NCBI GenBank assembly: GCA_964106915.2
Contig: OZ066919.1
DNA length: 64,000 nucleotides
Strand: one strand, 5' to 3'
Origin: Podarcis gaigeae
Lineage: Eukaryota
Shown here: positions 58,037 through 64,000 of the stretch, one piece after another
Layout: each line of letters starts with the position of its first letter
How positions within the stretch are numbered: the stretch's first letter is position 1
Notes under the pieces: model-generated
What the model was told of the DNA's origin: nothing
Databases searched by the model: none
The model's input: only the letters and a program-made list of their open reading frames with translations
Made by a program: the position numbers and the translations under genes

Positions 58037-58337
58037 TCTTTACCCAAGGATAAAAACATTTAGAACTAAAAGCGGGAGACCCATTTTTAAATCACATGAA
58101 CATTTTCGCCAGCATAGGCTTTGCTATTACAAGCGTGGGAACACAAAAGTAGATTTTAATCTTATACATGACGCATAGAAACAACATGAATCAATCTCCT
58201 TCAACTTGCCATTCCCCTCCATTACATCTTTGTTCAGCAGGCAATCCTAGCCACTTAAAGAAAAAAGACAGAGAAAAACATGCAGCTTGCTCCAAAACAT
58301 CATGAGTTTGTATAACTGGTCAGGAGGCAGAGTGGAG

Positions 58338-58490
58338 TAGAATCACAGAATTCTAGAATCACAGAATTCTAGGGTTGGAAAGGTCGCTGAGGATCATGTA
58401 GACCAACACCTCGCAACGGAGGAATATGCAGCAGTCCCAAACGGGGATCAAACCTACAACCTTGGCATTATCAGCGCTGCGCTCTAACCA
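58338..58490 (-). mobile_element. tRNA-Ile-derived SINE with a CR1-type 3' tail
   Basis: Minus strand TGGTTAGAGCGCAGCGCTGATAATGCCAAGGTTGTAGGTTTGATCCCCGT is tRNA-Ile-like. It is followed by GATCCT..CCTTTCCAACCCTAGAATTCTGTGATTCTA, a CR1-type tail duplicated as a 16-nt unit. Confidence 0.78.
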
Positions 58491-58788
58491 GGTCCATTTT
58501 GTTTACCTACAGTTCTTTTCTACCTTTTCTCCATAGCTTAGGTACACTTAAATCAAAACAATTATAATAGGTCAACTGTACATATTAGTTTTATAGGTAT
58601 AGATAACTGTTTGCAGATGAAAAAAACATAACAGAAAACATGCTACATGAATCATGCAGTTATAAATTGTGTTTATCTAAACCATGATACTTCGTATACA
58701 GAAGGGAGTATCTCTTCCAAGAGAGTGGTACTTGCCATGACAAAAGTATACACTATCTAACTGATTGTATGCTTGAAAGTTTATACTG

Positions 58789-58848
58789 TTGTATTGTATT
58801 GTATTGTATTGTGTTGTATTGTATTGTATTGTATTGTATTGTATTGTA
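58789..58848. repeat. (TTGTA)n pentanucleotide microsatellite
   Basis: Directly visible, with one interruption. Confidence 0.95.
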
Positions 58849-59539
58849 TGTTGCCTAGCATTTCGCTGCATGAAGTGACTGATAAATATAAACAACTAAG
58901 TAACTTTTTAAAATAAAAACAAAGTAGTCTTTTCTTCCTCAAAAGTATTCACCCATCCATCCATTCATCCATGCAGTTAGCAGATTCAAATGCAAATGCA
59001 TACCATCAACTAACGTTTTATTGGGCAACACATGAAATGTTCACACACGATGTGTTACAGGTGCTGTGATACAGTATGGTTCCTGCTTTCCCTTGTCTGG
59101 ATCCTATGCTCCTCTGACAATATTTGAATGAAGAGCAAACTTGGGATGGTTTAAAATGGTTTACTTCTCCCTCTACCCACATCAACAGCATTTATATGAG
59201 TACATATAGAGAACAAGGCAAGGTACTTTTAGTGCCAAGTATGAAAATGCCTGGGATCTGCATGTGATGGTTTGGGAAGGCAGCATGGTTGGTAGTGGTG
59301 CCCAGTTAGAGCACCATCAAGAAAAAAAAATTCTAAACAACTGCTGCAGAACAAAATCCCAGGCTTATCTTTATCTCTTCCCATTGATGCCCCAAGCAAA
59401 TGCACTGGGTACTCATTTAATTCTAGTCCTGCCTGTCTGAAAACTGCTATTGTGGTAGAAGGAAAAAGAAAACAAGCCGAAGGCACTGAGAAATCCCAAA
59501 CACACCAAGAACTGAACCATGAAGAAATACTATAGATTT

Positions 59540-59760
59540 GGGAAGGGACCACAGTTCAGTGGTAGAACACATGCTATGTGTGCAGAAGATCCTGGGCGGA
59601 ATCCCTGACATCTCTTGGTTTGGCTTGGTTTTTAAAGGGACCAGGTAGCAGGTGATGTGAAAGACCTCGGCCTGAGACTCTGGAGAGCCACTGCCAGTCA
59701 ACAGACAATATTGAGCTAGATGGATAGTCTGAGCTAGTATAAGTCAACTTCCTATGTCCC
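59540..59760 (+). mobile_element. tRNA-derived SINE (third family)
   Basis: Head CAGTTCAGTGGTAGAACACATGCT..GCAGAAGATCCTGGG..AATCCC; body AAGACCTC.GCCTGAGAC.CTGGAGAGCCACTGCCAGTC..GAGCTAGATGGA; tail CTTCCTATGT. Confidence 0.75.
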
Positions 59761-60067
59761 CGTCTATCACAGAGGGCAATACATGGTTGCATAAGGCTTC
59801 AAAGCTCCAACCCACAATGATATGGGAGGAGAGTTTCATGATGAGATAAAGTATTTTAAAGTTAAACAGGTTCATGTTCCAAATACGTTTTCACATATTT
59901 TAGTAATAAATATTCAAGAGCCTACAGTTTATAGGGACTTCTAAGCAGTTTAGGAAAGCAGTTGTTCCCATACTGTCCATAAAAATACGCACAGAAATAC
60001 TGGAATGTAAGAGCTCTGGAAGTCTTGAAGTAGAATGTATTTATTCTCCCCCATAGGGAGGGAGAAT

Positions 60068-60371
60068 AGGTCGGCGGTTCGAATCCCCACGGGGTGCGCT
60101 CCCGTTGCTCGGTCCCAGCGCCTGCCAACCTAGCAGTTCGAAAGCACCCCGGGTGCAAGTAGATAAATAGGGACCGCTTACTAGTGGGAAGGTAAACGGC
60201 GTTCCGTGTGCTGCGCTGGCTTGCCAGAGCAGCTTGTCACGCTGGCCACGTGACCCGGAAGTGTCTGCGGACAGCGCTGGCCCCCCCGGCCTATAGAGTG
60301 AGATGGGCGCACAACCCCAGAGTCTGTCAAGACTGGCCCGTACGGGCAGGGGTACCTTTACCTTTACCTTT
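60068..60371 (+). mobile_element. Sauria SINE, 5'-truncated (subfamily B)
   Basis: Very similar to 36458-36765 and starts just before the B-box. TSD ATAGGTC at 60066-60072 and 60372-60378. Confidence 0.93.
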
Positions 60372-61900
60372 ATAGGTCTAGAAGAATATCCTGATGACCA
60401 CACCACATACAACCCTTGCACTGAACATGTTCATTGAAGCTCCAATGGGCTAAACACTATATTGAACTTTAAAGTTCAACTGTCACCAGCCATGCCAGAA
60501 AGTGGCTAAGCATTTCAGTACTCTGAAGAACAGTAACATTCCAAAATGAGCCCATGCCACATGACACCCCGACATTCCTGTGATCCACAACTTGTACACC
60601 AGGTGTGTAAGATATAGGCAAGTGATACAATTTTATCAAAATCAAACTCCCACCAGTTTGCAAAACTATCAACATTCCCAACATACACTATATGTCTTTC
60701 CTTGGTGGGGTGGTGTTTTTTGTGTGTGTGCCCTTTTTACTGTTTTCCCCACTCTTAATCTTAATTCTCAAACTTTCGCTGCATGGGCGGTGGTGTTTGA
60801 GAGAAATAGATAGAATCAATTTCCATTCAAACGGGGGGGGTGGGGTGGGGGTGGCCTGTGTGTTCCTAGTTAAGTGAGAGTTTACTCCACAAACTGTTAG
60901 GGACAAAATGCTGTTTACAGTTTTAGAGGACTGTGTCAGATAGTTAACCCTCTACCGATATATGCCAGCAACTTTGTTAAAAATGCAGCTAGAGTAAGCA
61001 AGGGAAAGAGCAGTCATATTCCCACATCTGAGGTTTGCCAATAAATACTTGACATGCAACCCTAAAAGTGGTTCTAAACCCAGGGAAGTGTAACAAACCC
61101 TCAAGTTATGACTTTTTAACACACAATGATTTGGAAAAAGTTTTAAATTATTGTTTTTAAAGACATTAGGTTCCCAGTGCTATTTGGACAACTATAGCAC
61201 CCAGAAGGCTCAGTAAGGCCTGTGTCTCCTGCCCTAACGTGTCTAAGGGTTGCTTTGCGGGCTATAGTTTAAGAGCATACATCACAGAGCATGCAGCTTG
61301 ACTGACACATTTTAAATAGATGCATGCAGCGGCGTGACAGATGTGATTGCACAAGATGTTTACACTTTGAGCCTACATATTATTACTACACTTATAGCTC
61401 ACTTTTCTTCCACAGAGCTCAAAATGGCATATCAATAGCACCTCCAGACTGTCAGCATTTTGCACGAAGGAGTCAAGCACATACCAAGAAATTTAGGTTT
61501 GTGCAATTAATGTGGATTAAAGTGCTTTATTATCCCACCACAACAAATCCACTTTAAAAAAGAAACTGACTTTTGTGGTTAGGGAAGTGACAGGGAAATG
61601 GACTGAAAAGTGTGACATGAACAAATGGTCACTGCAAAGACGTATGAGTACACCACAAGCAAATCAGGATGAATGCTCATTGTTGTATGACCTCCCCACA
61701 AACAAATCAGAACCCCCAGATACAATGTAACTCCTGTGAAAGCAAATCTGGATGAGTGATCAATAAATAGGTTGTCTGGAAGACCCCAAAGAATTCCCAG
61801 ATAGTATCCCTAATCTACATGCTGAAAATACCCAGGCCTGCTTCAAGGCAACAAGTCTCTTGAATCACATGCCTCCAGACCACAACCCTGGCTATACCCT

Positions 61901-61980
61901 CATAAGAACATAAGAGCTTGTTGGATCAGGCCCATCTAGTCCAGTATCCTGTACTCTCACAGTGGCCAACCAAAGCCTAT
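61901..61980 (-). mobile_element. CR1-related LINE/SINE 3' end fragment
   Basis: CATAAGAACATAAGA..TGGATCAGGCCCATCTAGTCCAGTATCCTG..CACAGTGGCCAACCA. Confidence 0.6.
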
Positions 61981-62258
61981 GGGAAAACCTCAGTTCTGAC
62001 AATCCTCTAAACGGAAATTTGGAGGGATTAGAAACATAACACTGGTTTCCTCCTCAGTTTCCTGATTTGTTCTAACTTGTCATGGCATTCAAATCAAGCA
62101 AACCATAGTTGCCAGATTCCAAAACCATGCTTAGAACAACCAGGAAATGGAGGAGAGAACCACTGCATTAGATGGAAGGAGTGAAGCCATGGTCTATTTC
62201 CAACCTTCGAATCACATTCTGAACGGGATGTCTGAGCTAGACAATGGGAAAATATTTA

Positions 62259-62699
62259 GGCTGCAATTCTGTACCCATTTACTTGGGACTAAGCCCTAGA
62301 ATGCGGGTGGCGCTGTGGGTTAAACCACAGAGCATAGGGCTTGCCAATCAGAAGGTCAGCGGTTCGAATCCCTGCAACAGGGTGAGCTCCTGTTGCTCAG
62401 TCCCTGCTCCTGCCAACGTAGCAGTTCGAAAGCACGAAGTGCAAGTAGATAAATAGGTACCACTCTGGCAGGAAAGTAAATGGTGTTTCCATGTGCTGCT
62501 CTGGTTCACCAGAAGCAGCTTAGTCATGCTGGCCACATGACCCGGAAGCTGTACGCTGGCTCCCTCGGCCAGTAAAGCGAGATGAGCACTGCAACCCCAG
62601 AGTCGTCAACGACTGGACTTAATGGTCAGGGGTCACTTTACCTTTAAGCCCTATGAACTCAGTTACTTCTCAGTAGACATGAATAGAATTGCACTCTTA
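62259..62699. mobile_element. Old short palindromic (MITE-like) repeat split by the Sauria SINE
   Basis: With the SINE removed the sequence reads GGCTGCAATTCTGTACCCATTTACTTGGGACTAAGCCCTATGAACTCAGTTACTTCTCAGTAGACATGAATAGAATTGCACTC, with inverted ends TGCAATTCT / AGAATTGCA. Confidence 0.6.
62299..62644 (+). mobile_element. Sauria SINE, full length (subfamily A)
   Basis: Colinear with 3926-4278. 9-bp TSD TAAGCCCTA at 62290-62298 and 62645-62653. Confidence 0.93.
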
Positions 62700-64000
62700 G
62701 TCACGTCACACAATTGAGACAAATAATAATCATAGCAGTGAGTAACAAACTGACCCTAACATCAGCTCATGGCTTCAGATACATACTTAGAATAAAGTCA
62801 AGTACCTATTTCACTGATGTTAATGGTGAATAATAGAGGAGTATCTTCTACTTCACAACCACAATGCTTTTGCCCATTTGTTAGTACACTTAGATTATTA
62901 CCAGTATGTAGTACTGGAATAAACCCGGATAGATGATATTTGCTTTTATATAAATGCTGCCTTCTGCCAGCCTTCTCGCTTGAGTTGAAGCACTGGTCCC
63001 TGAGTTCCTTATTTATACAATGGGAGCAGTATTCTAGTTTATTTTTGGGAGATGAGCAAGCCGACACTATCAGTAAAGGATTGAAGGAGTGTTAAGCCTG
63101 GCAATGATTTTTCCAGCATGAATACGAGGAGAATTTATTGCTAACTTATTAGAAACCTTGACAGGAGACTGAAAAATCACCAAACTATAAATTTTCAAAA
63201 CTAGAAATGAATCCTATAGCATAAACAAAAACACACACACAAATTTCTCTCAGCAACTGCTATGGCAAGCTACACCATTTTACCTGCATTCAGAAGAAGG
63301 CATGTGGGTACAATCAAGAAGTACAAGCCCAACAATTTAGTCAGTCTCTCTGGCACGAGGTATCACAAATTACCACCCATGGAAATCTGGACAAGTGTAT
63401 ATGGCATATCAAAATGGCAGCCAATAAGAACTACCAACTGACTAGATTTTTAGTAGTCTTAAAGGGCCTGTTTGCAGTTAAATCCTAGTCTCAGTGCCAA
63501 GCAAATTTTAAATTTAAATGAATAAATAAGCAGTAAAGATACAGATGAGCAGTGGTGGTTTTTCAGTCTTTCTGGGAGAGGAAATACTGGCAACAATACC
63601 ACATACAAGTACATGCACAAATATAAAGAGCAGGGAGGTCAGACATTCATCCTTCAATGATTAGTTAGTGTGACTGGATAACTAATTGCGATTCTTTTTG
63701 TCTGGAATCAAAATAATTTCATTCAACAATTGTCCACTGATTTCACTTTCTGTATTTGTTTGTTTCAAAGTACACCTTTTATTTGGCAGCGAAAGGAGGT
63801 TAGGGAAAGAGGTAGACGAAAGAGACAGGCAACAGGAGTAAAGAGAGACCCAATACCATATGGCACATAGGCATATTAATTACTGCTGCTTTTTAATTAA
63901 CAATTGCTTAATCTGAGCAGTAACATTTGCCTTGACATCTTTTGACTCTCTCCTAACCTGTGAAGTGCGCATGCCATGCCAAGTCATCAATTAATTTTTA

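Noticed and set aside
58430-58490. Functional tRNA-Ile gene
   Set aside because: The 5' acceptor strand is missing, the T-loop is mutated, and it is fused to a CR1 tail; a SINE.
3976-62536. Recurrent similar ORFs (FRTARLAGAGTEQ / PAPANLAVRKH) at 3976, 36283, 59922, 62244 and 62348 as a gene family
   Set aside because: They are translations of Sauria SINE copies.

Overview
Eukaryotic (vertebrate) genomic DNA, not prokaryotic. The whole window lies inside the FOXP4 gene on the minus strand. Three coding exons can be placed exactly by GT/AG boundaries: 51568-51750 (start codon exon), 26744-26833 and 3271-3393. Spliced together they give 132 aa of the FOXP4 N-terminal glutamine-rich region. The introns between them are about 24.7 kb and 23.4 kb. 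The upstream non-coding exon and all downstream exons (zinc finger, leucine zipper, forkhead) were not found and presumably lie outside the window. The repeats point to a squamate reptile, probably a lacertid lizard (inference): four Sauria SINEs of two subfamilies, TA-flanked Tc1/mariner-type MITEs, 8-bp-TSD hAT MITEs, tRNA-derived SINEs, L1/L2/CR1 relics, a solo LTR and a Penelope-like fragment. Almost all ORFs in the supplied track are spurious or TE-derived. I found no convincing new protein-coding system. The best second-look items are a TSD-flanked Penelope-type minimal hammerhead remnant, several datable nested TE stacks, inverted MITE pairs that could form dsRNA in the FOXP4 pre-mRNA, and repeat-free motif clusters (FOX+GATA, DR4/NF-kB, homeobox) that are candidate enhancers or internal promoters.
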